From assembly GCA_964450875.1 (NCBI GenBank), contig CAYVHG010000082.1:1-41667 (forward strand): a stretch of DNA of 41,667 nucleotides. Direction: 5' to 3'. Positions 17,878 through 26,588 of this stretch are shown here, one piece after another. The position numbers and the translations under genes were made by a program. Source of the stretch: an uncultured Anaerolineaceae bacterium. Its GTDB lineage: Bacteria > Chloroflexota > Anaerolineae > Anaerolineales > DRMV01. Position 1 is the first letter of the stretch. Every line of letters starts with the position of its first letter. The notes under the pieces are model-generated. The model worked only from the letters and a program-made list of their open reading frames with translations, was not told the origin of the DNA and did not search any database.

Positions 17878-17960
17878 CAAGATGCCCGCAATTTTGCCGT
17901 GCGTCCACCACCGGTGGGCGCAGATGGCAACCGCTTACGCTCTGGAAGGTTTCGGCTGTT

Positions 17961-19244
17961 ATGACGCAGTTCATCGATGAAGCACAGATTCTCGTGCGCT
18001 CTGGGAAAGGCGGCGACGGGATGGTGCATTTTCGCCGAGAGAAGTACGTGCCCAAAGGCGGCCCCGATGGCGGCGACGGGGGGCGCGGCGGCGACGTCGT
18101 GCTGGAGGTCAACCCTCACCTCAATACGTTGGCGCATTTCCGCTTTCAGAAGCGCTTCATCGCCAAGGATGGCGGCCGCGGTGGCCCGGCGCGCATGAGT
18201 GGCAAGTCGGCGCCGCCGTTGGTGGTGCCTGTGCCCCCTGGCACGGTGGTGTACGACGCCGACACCGGCGAACTGCTGGGCGATTTGACTGCCCCCGGCC
18301 AGCGGCTGGTCGTGGCCAAAGGGGGGCGTGGCGGCCGTGGGAACGTCCATTTCGCGTCTTCCCGCAACCGAGTGCCTCGGTTGGCCGAGCGCGGCGAACC
18401 GGGGCAGGAGCGCCGTTTGCGCCTGGAACTCAAACTCATCGCCGATGTCGGCTTGGTGGGTGTGCCGAACGCCGGTAAGTCCACTTTCCTCAGCCGAGTG
18501 ACCAACGCCAAGCCCAAAATTGCCCCTTACCCGTTCACGACCATTACCCCCAATCTTGGGGTGGCCCAGCTGGACGTGGACAAAACGCTGGTGTTGGCCG
18601 ACATCCCCGGCCTCATCGAAGGTGCCCATCAGGGCATTGGGTTGGGGCACGATTTCTTGCGCCACGTGCAGCGCACGCGGGTGCTCATTCACTTGCTCGA
18701 TGGCCTTTCGACCGACCCGTTGGTGGATTTCGCGCAGATCAACACCGAGCTGGCTTTGTTCGACCCCGACTTGGCCGAGAAACCCCAGGTGGTGGCTTTC
18801 AACAAGATGGACTTGCCGGAAGTCGCCGCCCGCTGGCCTGAGGTGGAAGCCGCGCTGAAGGCGCGCGGCTATCAGGCCTTCCCTGTTTCGGCAGTGACGG
18901 GCGAAGGGGTGCAGCGGGTGCTGTGGCGGGCGGCCGAAATTTTGGAAAGCCTGCCGCCTTTGCCCGCCGCCGAAACCGAAGAGGTGCCGGTCTATCGCCC
19001 GGAAGAAGACCCGCGGGCTTTCACCATCGAGCGCCTGCCGGAAGGCTTCCGAGTGCATTGCCCCGCGCTGGAACGCGCCGCGGCGATGACTTATTGGGAA
19101 TACGACCAGTCGGTGCGCCGCTTCCACCGCATTTTGGCGGCGCTGGGCATCGAAGAGGCGCTGCGCGCCGCAGGCGTGCAGGAAGGCGATACCGTCTTCA
19201 TCGGCGACTATGAGCTGGAGTGGCGCGAGGAGGTTTCCCTATGA
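17961..19244 (+). CDS. obg: GTPase Obg/CgtA
   Basis: MTQFIDEAQI.VRSGKGGDG.V.FRREKYVPKGGPDGGDGGRGG.V, G1 GVPNAGKST, DIPGLIEGA, NKMD, plus a C-terminal OCT/TGS-like extension (...GDTVFIGDYELEW). Confidence 0.97.
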   Translation: MTQFIDEAQILVRSGKGGDGMVHFRREKYVPKGGPDGGDGGRGGDVVLEVNPHLNTLAHFRFQKRFIAKDGGRGGPARMSGKSAPPLVVPVPPGTVVYDADTGELLGDLTAPGQRLVVAKGGRGGRGNVHFASSRNRVPRLAERGEPGQERRLRLELKLIADVGLVGVPNAGKSTFLSRVTNAKPKIAPYPFTTITPNLGVAQLDVDKTLVLADIPGLIEGAHQGIGLGHDFLRHVQRTRVLIHLLDGLSTDPLVDFAQINTELALFDPDLAEKPQVVAFNKMDLPEVAARWPEVEAALKARGYQAFPVSAVTGEGVQRVLWRAAEILESLPPLPAAETEEVPVYRPEEDPRAFTIERLPEGFRVHCPALERAAAMTYWEYDQSVRRFHRILAALGIEEALRAAGVQEGDTVFIGDYELEWREEVSL

Positions 19245-19849
19245 GCCGACCGATGCGGATCGGTGTGTTCGGCGGCACCTTCGACCCTCCACATCTTGGA
19301 CACCTGATTCTGGCCGCCGAGGCGCATTTCCAGCTGGGGCTGGATAAAGTGCTCTGGGTGCTCACGCCCGACCCGCCCCATAAACGCAACCTGCCGCATA
19401 CTCCCTGGCCGCAGCGCGCAGCGATGGTGCTGGCGGCCATTGGCGACAATGCAGCCTTTGAACTCAGCACGGTCGATATCGAGCGCCCTGGCCCTCACTA
19501 TGCCGTCGATACCATGCGCTTGCTGCGGACTTCCCAGCCTCACGCTCAGTGGGTATATTTGATGGGCGGCGATTCCCTCCACGGCCTGCCGACTTGGCAT
19601 CGTGTGCGGGAATTCCTGGACCTGTGCGATGAGCTCGGCATCATGCGCCGCCCCGGCGACGAGATTGACTTGACGATTGTGGAATCTTGCCTTCCGGGCG
19701 TGGTGAGCAAGGTGCGTTTCGTCAACGCACCGCTGCTGCAAATTGCTGCCCGCGAACTGCGGGAACGCGCTGCCAAAGGCGCACCCATTCGCTACTACCT
19801 GCCGGAGGCGGTTTACGCGCTCATTCGAGAATGGCGTCTTTACCGCTAA
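19241..19849 (+). CDS. nadD: Nicotinate-nucleotide adenylyltransferase
   Basis: MSRPMRIGVFGGTFDPPHLGH... (HxGH motif) and ...ISS..IR-like tail (...IAARELRER...). ATG 19241 overlaps the obg TGA (ATGA). GAGGAGG sits 7 nt upstream. Confidence 0.93.
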   Translation: MSRPMRIGVFGGTFDPPHLGHLILAAEAHFQLGLDKVLWVLTPDPPHKRNLPHTPWPQRAAMVLAAIGDNAAFELSTVDIERPGPHYAVDTMRLLRTSQPHAQWVYLMGGDSLHGLPTWHRVREFLDLCDELGIMRRPGDEIDLTIVESCLPGVVSKVRFVNAPLLQIAARELRERAAKGAPIRYYLPEAVYALIREWRLYR

Positions 19850-19910
19850 CTTGCATTTTGCGTCTTGCGATTTTCTCTTCCTCGCTCCGCTTTCGTGACG
19901 GAGGCCGTTC

Positions 19911-20318
19911 ATGAAGCGCTTTCTCCTTCGTTTGGTCGTCAACGCGATTGCCCTCTATGCCGCGGTCAAGATCGTGCCGGGGGTGCACCCGCAGAGCGCT
20001 CACTGGTACGCTTACCTGTGGCTGGCGTTGATTTTCGGGGTCGTCAATGCTTTGCTGCGGCCGGTGCTCAAACTGTTGACCTGCCCGCTGATCATCTTGA
20101 CCCTTGGCTTGTTTACGCTGCTCATCAACGCTTCGATGTTCGCCCTGGCGGGCTGGATTGGCGCGCACTTTGGCGTGGGCTTTACGGTCGACGGCTTTTG
20201 GGCCGCCTTTTGGGGTAGCGTGGTCACCAGCGTGGTGGCCATTGTGTTGGGGCTGTTTGTCAGAGATGAGGACGAAGCCCACAGCGAGGTCAAGGTGGTC
20301 GTCGTGAAGGATAGGTGA
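19911..20318 (+). CDS. PF04020 (YvlD / phage_holin_4_2-like) small membrane protein
   Basis: 135 aa, 4 TM segments. ...LVVNAIALYAAVKIVPGV...ALIFGVVNALLRPVLKLLTCPLIILTLGLFTLLINA...VDGFWAAFWGSVV... closely parallels B. subtilis YvlD. GGAGG RBS at 19900-19904. Confidence 0.85.
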   Translation: MKRFLLRLVVNAIALYAAVKIVPGVHPQSAHWYAYLWLALIFGVVNALLRPVLKLLTCPLIILTLGLFTLLINASMFALAGWIGAHFGVGFTVDGFWAAFWGSVVTSVVAIVLGLFVRDEDEAHSEVKVVVVKDR

Positions 20319-20319
20319 G

Positions 20320-20679
20320 ATGCAATCCCGAAGTGCGCGCTGGTTGGCTTTTCTGCTTGCGATAGCGGTGGGGCTGGGGCTGGGGCTGTATTACGGCTGG
20401 GTGGTCAGCCCGGTGGCGTATGTGGATACCGCGCCCAATACGCTGCGTGCCGACTACAAGGCCGATTACGTCCTGATGGTGGCAGAGGCCTATCAGGCCG
20501 ATGGTGATTTGCCCGCTGCCCGCCGAGCGCTGGCTTTGTTGGGAAACACCCCGGCTGCCTCGGTGCAGGCGGCCATTACCTTTGGCACGGCGCATGGTTA
20601 TGCCTCGCAGGATCTCTACGCTTTGCAGCAATTGCTGGCTGCGTTGCAATCGCAGCCGGTGGAAGGGAGCAGCCCATGA
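20320..20679 (+). CDS. Membrane-anchored hypothetical protein (short paralog)
   Basis: 119 aa, N-terminal TM anchor, starts 1 nt after the upstream TGA. Shares the block WVV.PV.Y..TAP.TLR.D.K..Y....A.AY.....LP.AR.RL.LLG with the next gene. Confidence 0.7.
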   Translation: MQSRSARWLAFLLAIAVGLGLGLYYGWVVSPVAYVDTAPNTLRADYKADYVLMVAEAYQADGDLPAARRALALLGNTPAASVQAAITFGTAHGYASQDLYALQQLLAALQSQPVEGSSP

Positions 20680-21545
20680 ACCGGCGTCGGCCGTGGTTCT
20701 TGCTGACCGGCTTGCTGCTGGGGCTGGGGGTGGGGTTGCTGCTGGCGTGGGTGGTGTTCCCGGTACGCTACACCGAAACCGCCCCTGATACCCTGCGGCC
20801 GGATTTCAAGGAGGCCTATCGGGCGTTGATAGCCCGCGCTTATGCTTATGACCACAACCTGCCGCGAGCGCGTGCCCGCTTGCGGCTGTTAGGGGAAAAC
20901 GACCCTGCCGAGGCGCTGGCAGCCCAGGCGCAGCGCGCCCTGGCGGCTGGAAGGCCCGCGGCGGAGGTGCGCGCTTTGGGCGAACTGGCGGCGGCGTTGG
21001 GGCAGGCGCCGGCGGGGGCGCGTCCGTCGGCAACGGCTTCCCCCGCGGCCAAAGCCCCCTCGGCGACGGCGCCCCCCGCAGCCACGCCAACCCGCGTGGC
21101 GATGGCTTCCCCCACCCGCGGCGCAACGCCTTCCCCTGTGCCCTCGGGCTTCCCCACCCTGCCCCCCACGCCCACCCCCTTGCCCACCCGCACCCCGCAA
21201 CCCCTCGGCACGGCGGGTGCGCCTTTGGTGCTGCGGGCGCTCAAGCCGTATTGCAACCCCGACGCTGGCCCGCTGTTGCGCATTTTCGTGCGCGACGCCG
21301 CCGGTAACCCCTTGCCCGGCGTGGAAATCAACATCCACTGGCTGGGCGGCGACGAGCGCATTTACACCGGCCTCAAGCCCGAAATCGACCCCGGCTATGC
21401 CGATTTCCTCATGGCGCAGGACGAGGTGTATCAGGCGCGCCCGGCTTATGGCGTGGCGGTGACCGATTTGCGCCCTCGCGAGTGCCAGACCGAGGAAGGC
21501 GAGCGCTTTTGGGGCGGCTGGACGCTGACTTTCGTGCAGCCGTAG
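20676..21545 (+). CDS. Membrane-anchored hypothetical protein (long paralog: shared N-domain, Pro/Ala/Thr linker, C-terminal beta-rich domain)
   Basis: 289 aa. ATGA overlap with the previous gene and GGAAGGGAG upstream. The N-terminal ~110 aa are homologous to 20320..20679. An ~75-aa P/A/T/S linker follows, then ...LLRIFVRDAAGNPLPGVEINIHWLGGDERIYTGLKPEIDPGYADF... Confidence 0.75.
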   Translation: MNRRRPWFLLTGLLLGLGVGLLLAWVVFPVRYTETAPDTLRPDFKEAYRALIARAYAYDHNLPRARARLRLLGENDPAEALAAQAQRALAAGRPAAEVRALGELAAALGQAPAGARPSATASPAAKAPSATAPPAATPTRVAMASPTRGATPSPVPSGFPTLPPTPTPLPTRTPQPLGTAGAPLVLRALKPYCNPDAGPLLRIFVRDAAGNPLPGVEINIHWLGGDERIYTGLKPEIDPGYADFLMAQDEVYQARPAYGVAVTDLRPRECQTEEGERFWGGWTLTFVQP

Positions 21546-21563
21546 CCGCAACGGCAAAAGGAG

Positions 21564-23429
21564 ATGGCGATGGCTTTCATGCCCGGTGCTCAAGTCGGCC
21601 CTTATCAGATTTTGGAACAGTTGGGGCAGGGCGGCATGGCGACGGTGTACAAGGCGTATCATCCGGCGTTGGACCGCTATGTCGCGCTGAAGGCGTTGCA
21701 CCCTGCCTTTTTGGAAGACCCCAATTTTCTGGAGCGCTTCCGGCGTGAGGCGCGGGTGGTGGCGCGCCTCGATCATCCCAACATTGTGCCGGTGTACGAC
21801 TTCAGCGAGCACGAAGGCCGCCCTTACCTGGTGATGAAGTTTGTGGAAGGCGAGACGCTGAAGGCGCGCTTGCAGCGCGGCGCGCTCACGCTGGCGGAAA
21901 TCGGTCGCATTGCCGAGGCGGTGGGCGCGGCTTTGGCGTATGCCCATGAGCAGGGGGTGCTCCATCGGGATGTCAAGCCTTCCAATGTGCTCCTGGGCAC
22001 CGATGGCCGCATTTACCTCACCGACTTTGGCCTGGCACGCATCGCCCAGGCTGGGGAATCCACCCTTTCCAGCGATCGGTTGCTGGGCACGCCGCAATAC
22101 ATTTCCCCTGAGCAGGCGTTGGGCAAGGGCGACCTCGACGCCCGCACCGACATCTATGCTTTTGGGGTGATGCTCTACGAAATGTTGCTGGGGCGGGTGC
22201 CTTACAACGCCGATACGCCCTATGCCATCATTCACGACCACATCTACGCCCCGCTGCCGCGGCCGCGCGATCTCGACCCCAACCTGCCGCTTGCTCTCGA
22301 GCGGGTGTTGCTCAAGGCGCTGGCCAAGCAGCCCGAAGACCGCTTTGCCGATGTGCCGGCTTTGATGGAAGCCCTGCGTCAGGCTTTGGCCGAGGCGGAA
22401 GGTTTTCGAGCCGCGCCGGCAGAGCCGCCTCGCGGCCTGGTGAACACCCTTGGGAATGCCCCGGCTGTTGCGGCGGCGCCTGCTGCTCCGGAAGCCTCCC
22501 TTGCTCCTACCGCGGTGGCTTTACCAGAGGCCGCGGCGGGTGGCCCTTCCGAAGGCCGCCCGGCTGCCGAAGCGCCGCCGGAGCCGCCGCCTTCCTCGCA
22601 CCGCGGCCGCCGCTGGCTGATGGCGGGGGCGGGGGTGGGCCTGTTGGTGTTGCTGGGCTTGGTGGCCGCGGCCGCGCTGGGGTGGGGGAGCGGGGCTTCC
22701 CGCGCCGTCGGCACTTCCGCCGAGGGCGCTCGCCACGCGACGGCAACCCTTTCCCCTTCGGCCGCGGTGGGCGCAATCCCCGCGGCGGTGCTCGACGACC
22801 CCGCCCTCGCAGACGCCGTGCAGGCAGTGAAAGACGCCCCCCGCTCGCCCGAGGCGTGGCTCGCCCTGGCAGCAGTGGCCTGGGAACACGACCACCCCGC
22901 CTGGGACACGCTGGAGCAGGGCATCGTGCTGGCCCGCCAGCAGCGCCGTTGGCAAGCCTTGGCCGATGCGGCCGAGGCGCTGGCGAACGATGGCTACCTC
23001 TTGCCGGCGGCCCGGCTGGGGTTGGCGGCTTACACGGCTTCGCCCCCCAAGGAACGGCAGGGGCGCGAAGAAGCGCTTCGCGGCCTGGTCTTTGCCGCTG
23101 CCCTCACCCACGATTTCCCCCAGCACCTTTCGTTCCAGACCTTGAAAGCGGTCAACCCGCAGCTGGCGGCGGCAGCCTATGCCCGTTACAATTACCTGGT
23201 CGCGGGCGACGTCGAAAGCGGCGACCGCTTTTTCTTGCCTTTGAGGAAGGCCTACCCCGACTTGCCCGAAGTGCTGCTGGTCGATGCCGAGCGGGCTTTC
23301 TTCGTGGAACACGATAGCCGCAAAGCCTTGGCTTTGCTGCAAAAGACGTTCGACCGTGCCGAACAGATGCCCGCGTGGGCGCTCAAGGTCGCTCGTGAAG
23401 ACAAAGCGCTGTTTTCCAAGCGGCCTTGA
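21564..23429 (+). CDS. Hanks-type Ser/Thr protein kinase with 1 TM and an extracytoplasmic helical (TPR-like) domain
   Basis: GQGGMATVYKA, VALK, HRDVKPSNVLL, DFGLA, GTPQYISPE. Ala/Pro-rich linker, TM segment WLMAGAGVGLLVLLGLVAAAAL, then a ~220-aa helical C-terminal region. ATG 21570 (6 nt after AAAGGAG) is an equally plausible start. Confidence 0.93.
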   Translation: MAMAFMPGAQVGPYQILEQLGQGGMATVYKAYHPALDRYVALKALHPAFLEDPNFLERFRREARVVARLDHPNIVPVYDFSEHEGRPYLVMKFVEGETLKARLQRGALTLAEIGRIAEAVGAALAYAHEQGVLHRDVKPSNVLLGTDGRIYLTDFGLARIAQAGESTLSSDRLLGTPQYISPEQALGKGDLDARTDIYAFGVMLYEMLLGRVPYNADTPYAIIHDHIYAPLPRPRDLDPNLPLALERVLLKALAKQPEDRFADVPALMEALRQALAEAEGFRAAPAEPPRGLVNTLGNAPAVAAAPAAPEASLAPTAVALPEAAAGGPSEGRPAAEAPPEPPPSSHRGRRWLMAGAGVGLLVLLGLVAAAALGWGSGASRAVGTSAEGARHATATLSPSAAVGAIPAAVLDDPALADAVQAVKDAPRSPEAWLALAAVAWEHDHPAWDTLEQGIVLARQQRRWQALADAAEALANDGYLLPAARLGLAAYTASPPKERQGREEALRGLVFAAALTHDFPQHLSFQTLKAVNPQLAAAAYARYNYLVAGDVESGDRFFLPLRKAYPDLPEVLLVDAERAFFVEHDSRKALALLQKTFDRAEQMPAWALKVAREDKALFSKRP

Positions 23430-23461
23430 AGCCCCTCGCGTTCCCTTTTCAGGAGGTTGTG

Positions 23462-24226
23462 ATGCGTAAGCCCTTTGTCGCCGGAAACTGGAAGATGCAC
23501 AAGACCGTGGAAGAGGCTCGCCTGCTGGTGGCCGAAATGCTGGATGGCCTGCAGGCGGTCGAGGGTGTGGAGAAGGTGCTCTGCCCGCCCTTCCCCGCGC
23601 TGTTGCCGGTGGCTGCCATGCTGGCGGGCACCGAGATTGGCTTGGGGGCGCAGAACATGCATTGGGAAGAGGAGGGCGCGTTCACCGGGGAGGTTTCCCC
23701 GCGGATGGTGGCCGAATTTGCCCGCTTCGTCATCCTGGGGCATTCCGAGCGCCGTGCCTATTTTGGGGAAACCGACGAGACCGTGCACCGCAAGGTAGCC
23801 GCAGCCTTGAAGCACGACCTGACGCCCATCGTGTGCGTGGGCGAAACCTTGGCCGAGCGCGAGGCCGGTGAGACCGAAGCGGTCATCACGCGGCAAGTGC
23901 GCGGCGCGCTGGCGGGCTTTCCTGCCGAGGCGGTGGCCGCGATGGTGTTGGCTTATGAGCCTGTGTGGGCCATCGGCACGGGCAAAGCCGCCACGCCCGA
24001 AGAGGCCAACCGAGTGGTCAAAGATATCATTCGCGCCACGCTGGCTGACTTGTTTGGGGCCGAAACCGCCGAGGCCGTGCGGGTGCTCTATGGCGGGTCG
24101 GTGAAGCCTCACAACGCGGCCGCTTTCTTTGCCCAGCCCGACATCGACGGCGCGCTGGTGGGGGGCGCCAGCCTGAAAGCCGACCAGTTCGTTGCCATCG
24201 CCGCCGCTGCCGCCGAGAGCGCCTGA
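23462..24226 (+). CDS. tpiA: Triosephosphate isomerase
   Basis: MRKPFVAGNWKMHKT..., ...ILGHSERR..., ...VAYEPVWAIGTGK..., ...YGGSVKP.N... AGGAGG RBS 5 nt upstream of ATG 23462. Confidence 0.96.
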   Translation: MRKPFVAGNWKMHKTVEEARLLVAEMLDGLQAVEGVEKVLCPPFPALLPVAAMLAGTEIGLGAQNMHWEEEGAFTGEVSPRMVAEFARFVILGHSERRAYFGETDETVHRKVAAALKHDLTPIVCVGETLAEREAGETEAVITRQVRGALAGFPAEAVAAMVLAYEPVWAIGTGKAATPEEANRVVKDIIRATLADLFGAETAEAVRVLYGGSVKPHNAAAFFAQPDIDGALVGGASLKADQFVAIAAAAAESA

Positions 24227-24261
24227 AACCCGCGCCATCCCCTCTGGCCGAATAGACCCCC

Positions 24262-25242
24262 ATGCCCTACGACCGCTTTGGACGCCGTTTACATTACCTT
24301 CGCATTAGCCTGACCGACCGCTGCAACCTGCGCTGCGTGTATTGCATGCCCGAAGATATGACCTTCATGCCCAGCGCCGCGCTGATGCAGGATGACGAAA
24401 TCTTGCGCCTGGTGCGGGTTTTTGCCTCGCTGGGCGTGGATAAAATCCGCCTCACGGGCGGCGAGCCTACCGTGCGCCCCAACATCGTGGCGCTGGTGCG
24501 CGGCATTCGGCAGACGCCCGGCATTCGCGAAATCACCATGACCACCAACGGCATCTTGCTGAGCCGTTTGGCGCAACCGCTGGCCGAGGCAGGGTTGAAG
24601 CGCGTCAACGTCAGCCTCGACACCCTGCACGCCGGGAAGTTCCGCCGTTTGACCCGCTGGGGCGACATCGAAGACGTCCTCGACGGCATCCACGCTGCCG
24701 AAGAAGCCGGGCTGCAGCCGGTCAAAATCAACGCCGTGGTGGTGCGCGGCTACAACGAGGAAGACGTCGTCGAAATGGCGCGCCTCACGATGGAACACCC
24801 GTGGCAGGTGCGCTTCATCGAAATGATGCCGTTTGCCGGCGCTACCGACTTCCAGCGGTTGATGTTGGTGACGGCCGAGCAGATGAAAGCCCGCATCGAG
24901 GCGGCGCTGGGGCCCCTCGAACCGGTAGATGGCGGGCGGCTGGATGGGGAAGCCCGCCTCTTCCGGCTGCCTGGCGCGCGGGGGCAGGTGGGGTTCATCG
25001 CTTCGGTCAGCCAGCCGTTTTGCGCGGCCTGCACCCGCTTGCGCCTGACCGCCGACGGCCACCTGCGCCTTTGCCTCTTGCGGGAAGACGAGGTCGACCT
25101 TCTCACCCCCTTGCGGGAAGGCGCTTCCGACGAGGCCCTGCGCCGCTTGATCGCCGCTGCAGCTTGGCGTAAACCTTGGGGGCATGGCCTGGCCCAAGGG
25201 GAAGCCCCGCAGGACCGTACCATGAGCCAGATTGGCGGCTGA
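24262..25242 (+). CDS. moaA: GTP 3',8-cyclase MoaA (radical SAM)
   Basis: ...YLRISLTDRCNLRCVYCMP... (CX3CX2C), ...IRLTGGEPT.R..., C-terminal second-cluster cysteines ...FCAACTRLRLTADG.LR.CL... Confidence 0.95.
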   Translation: MPYDRFGRRLHYLRISLTDRCNLRCVYCMPEDMTFMPSAALMQDDEILRLVRVFASLGVDKIRLTGGEPTVRPNIVALVRGIRQTPGIREITMTTNGILLSRLAQPLAEAGLKRVNVSLDTLHAGKFRRLTRWGDIEDVLDGIHAAEEAGLQPVKINAVVVRGYNEEDVVEMARLTMEHPWQVRFIEMMPFAGATDFQRLMLVTAEQMKARIEAALGPLEPVDGGRLDGEARLFRLPGARGQVGFIASVSQPFCAACTRLRLTADGHLRLCLLREDEVDLLTPLREGASDEALRRLIAAAAWRKPWGHGLAQGEAPQDRTMSQIGG

Positions 25243-25265
25243 AGCCGCTGTTGGGAGGTTTTTTC

Positions 25266-25979
25266 TTGAGTATCCAAGCCGTAATTTTCGACCTGGATGG
25301 CACTTTGCGCGTGTCCCGCCCGCGTTGGGAGGAGATTTTCATCCGCGAGGCCAAGGCGCTGGGGGTGCGCCCCACGCCCGAAGACGAGTGGAAGGTGCAG
25401 CGCTGGGCGCATTACTTTTGGGCGAGTTCCGACGATCTCCGCCGGTTGCTGCGCACCTATGGGGAAAGCGAGCGGTTTTGGATTGGCTATAATCGTGAGC
25501 GGCTGCTGCGCTTGGGCTGCGACCCCGCGTGCGCAGAGCAGTTGGCCGAGCCGCTGTTCCACCGCCTCAACCACTTGCAGGAAACCGTGCGGGATGTCGT
25601 GCCCGACGACGTCCCGCCCACGCTGCAAAAGCTGCGGCAGCAGGGCTATCGGTTGGGGTTGTTCACCAACCGCCGCGAGCCCCTCAACGGTTACCTGGAA
25701 GAGATCGGCCTGGCCGATTATCTCGATTTTGCCCTGGTGGCGGGCGAAGTGGGGGTGTGGAAGCCAGCGCCGGAGGCCTTCCTGAAGGCCGCCGAAGCGG
25801 CCGGGGTGCCGCCTCACCGAGCAGCCTACGTGGGCGACAACTACTACGCCGACATTGTGGGTGCACGCCGCGCCGGTTTGTTGCCGGTGTTGCTCGACCC
25901 GCTGGGGCTGTTCCCCGAGGCGCAAAATCCGGTCATCCGCCGAATTGGCGAGCTGCCGCGCGTGCTGGAGGCGCACTGA
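25266..25979 (+). CDS. HAD-superfamily hydrolase (subfamily IA-like)
   Basis: Motif I AVIFDLDGTL, motif II ...LFTNR..., motif III/IV ...K P...YVGDNYYADIVGARRAG... I chose TTG 25266 (GGGAGG 7 nt upstream, no overlap with moaA) instead of the track's upstream start at 25176. Confidence 0.85.
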   Translation: MSIQAVIFDLDGTLRVSRPRWEEIFIREAKALGVRPTPEDEWKVQRWAHYFWASSDDLRRLLRTYGESERFWIGYNRERLLRLGCDPACAEQLAEPLFHRLNHLQETVRDVVPDDVPPTLQKLRQQGYRLGLFTNRREPLNGYLEEIGLADYLDFALVAGEVGVWKPAPEAFLKAAEAAGVPPHRAAYVGDNYYADIVGARRAGLLPVLLDPLGLFPEAQNPVIRRIGELPRVLEAH

Positions 25980-26570
25980 ATGGGTGCACGCGTTCCCAGG
26001 GCTTTTTTCGCCCGCCCCACCTTGGAGGTGGCGCGCGACCTTTTGGGCGTGCGGCTGGTGCATCGGGAAGCCGATGGGCGGCGGGTCGCGGGCGTGATCG
26101 TCGAGACCGAAGCCTACGTGGGCGAAGAAGACCAGGGATGCCATTGTCGGGCAGGGCGCACGCCCCGCACCGCGGTGATGTATGGCCCCCCAGGCCATGC
26201 TTATGTTTACTTCACTTATGGCATGCACTGGTTGTTCAACGTCGTCACGGAGGGGGAGGGTTCTCCTGGGGCGGTGCTGGTGCGCGCTTTGTGGCCGGTG
26301 GAAGGGCTGGACCTCATCGCCGCCCGCCGCCGCGGCCGCCCGCGCCGCGAGTGGACCGATGGGCCCGCTAAGCTCTGCCAGGCCCTCGCCATCGACGGGC
26401 GCTACCACGGCGCAGACCTCTGCGCCCCCCATGCCGACCTCTTTTTGGAATTCGACCGCACTTTCCCCGACGAGAGCGTGACCATTGGCCCGCGCGTGGG
26501 TTTAAACACAGTGCCGGAGCCGTGGAAGAGCATCCCCTGGCGGTTTCGCGTGCATATCACCCAGCCCTGA
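25980..26570 (+). CDS. mpg: DNA-3-methyladenine glycosylase (Mpg/AAG family)
   Basis: ...FFARPTLEVARDLLG..L......G.IVETEAY.G..D...H...G.T.R...M.GP.G.AYVYF.YGMH...NVV... ATG follows directly after the upstream TGA (TGAATG). Confidence 0.9.
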   Translation: MGARVPRAFFARPTLEVARDLLGVRLVHREADGRRVAGVIVETEAYVGEEDQGCHCRAGRTPRTAVMYGPPGHAYVYFTYGMHWLFNVVTEGEGSPGAVLVRALWPVEGLDLIAARRRGRPRREWTDGPAKLCQALAIDGRYHGADLCAPHADLFLEFDRTFPDESVTIGPRVGLNTVPEPWKSIPWRFRVHITQP

Positions 26571-26588
26571 CGAAACAAGGAGGCAAAG

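Noticed and set aside
17908-17917. Perfect 10-bp palindrome CCACCGGTGG between the FHA gene and obg
   Set aside because: It cannot form a hairpin with a viable loop, it is a single copy, and short GC palindromes are common by chance. There is no evidence for an operator.
21006-21231. Repetitive-looking Pro/Ala/Thr/Ser-coding stretch (a similar one on the minus strand at 40906..41155, and the Ala/Pro linker of the kinase at ~22380-22620)
   Set aside because: These are low-complexity interdomain linkers inside well-supported ORFs. There are no regular repeat units or spacers, so this is not a CRISPR or tandem-repeat array.
24227-24261. Moco riboswitch upstream of moaA
   Set aside because: Only 35 nt separate tpiA and moaA, far too short for the ~130-nt Moco RNA motif.
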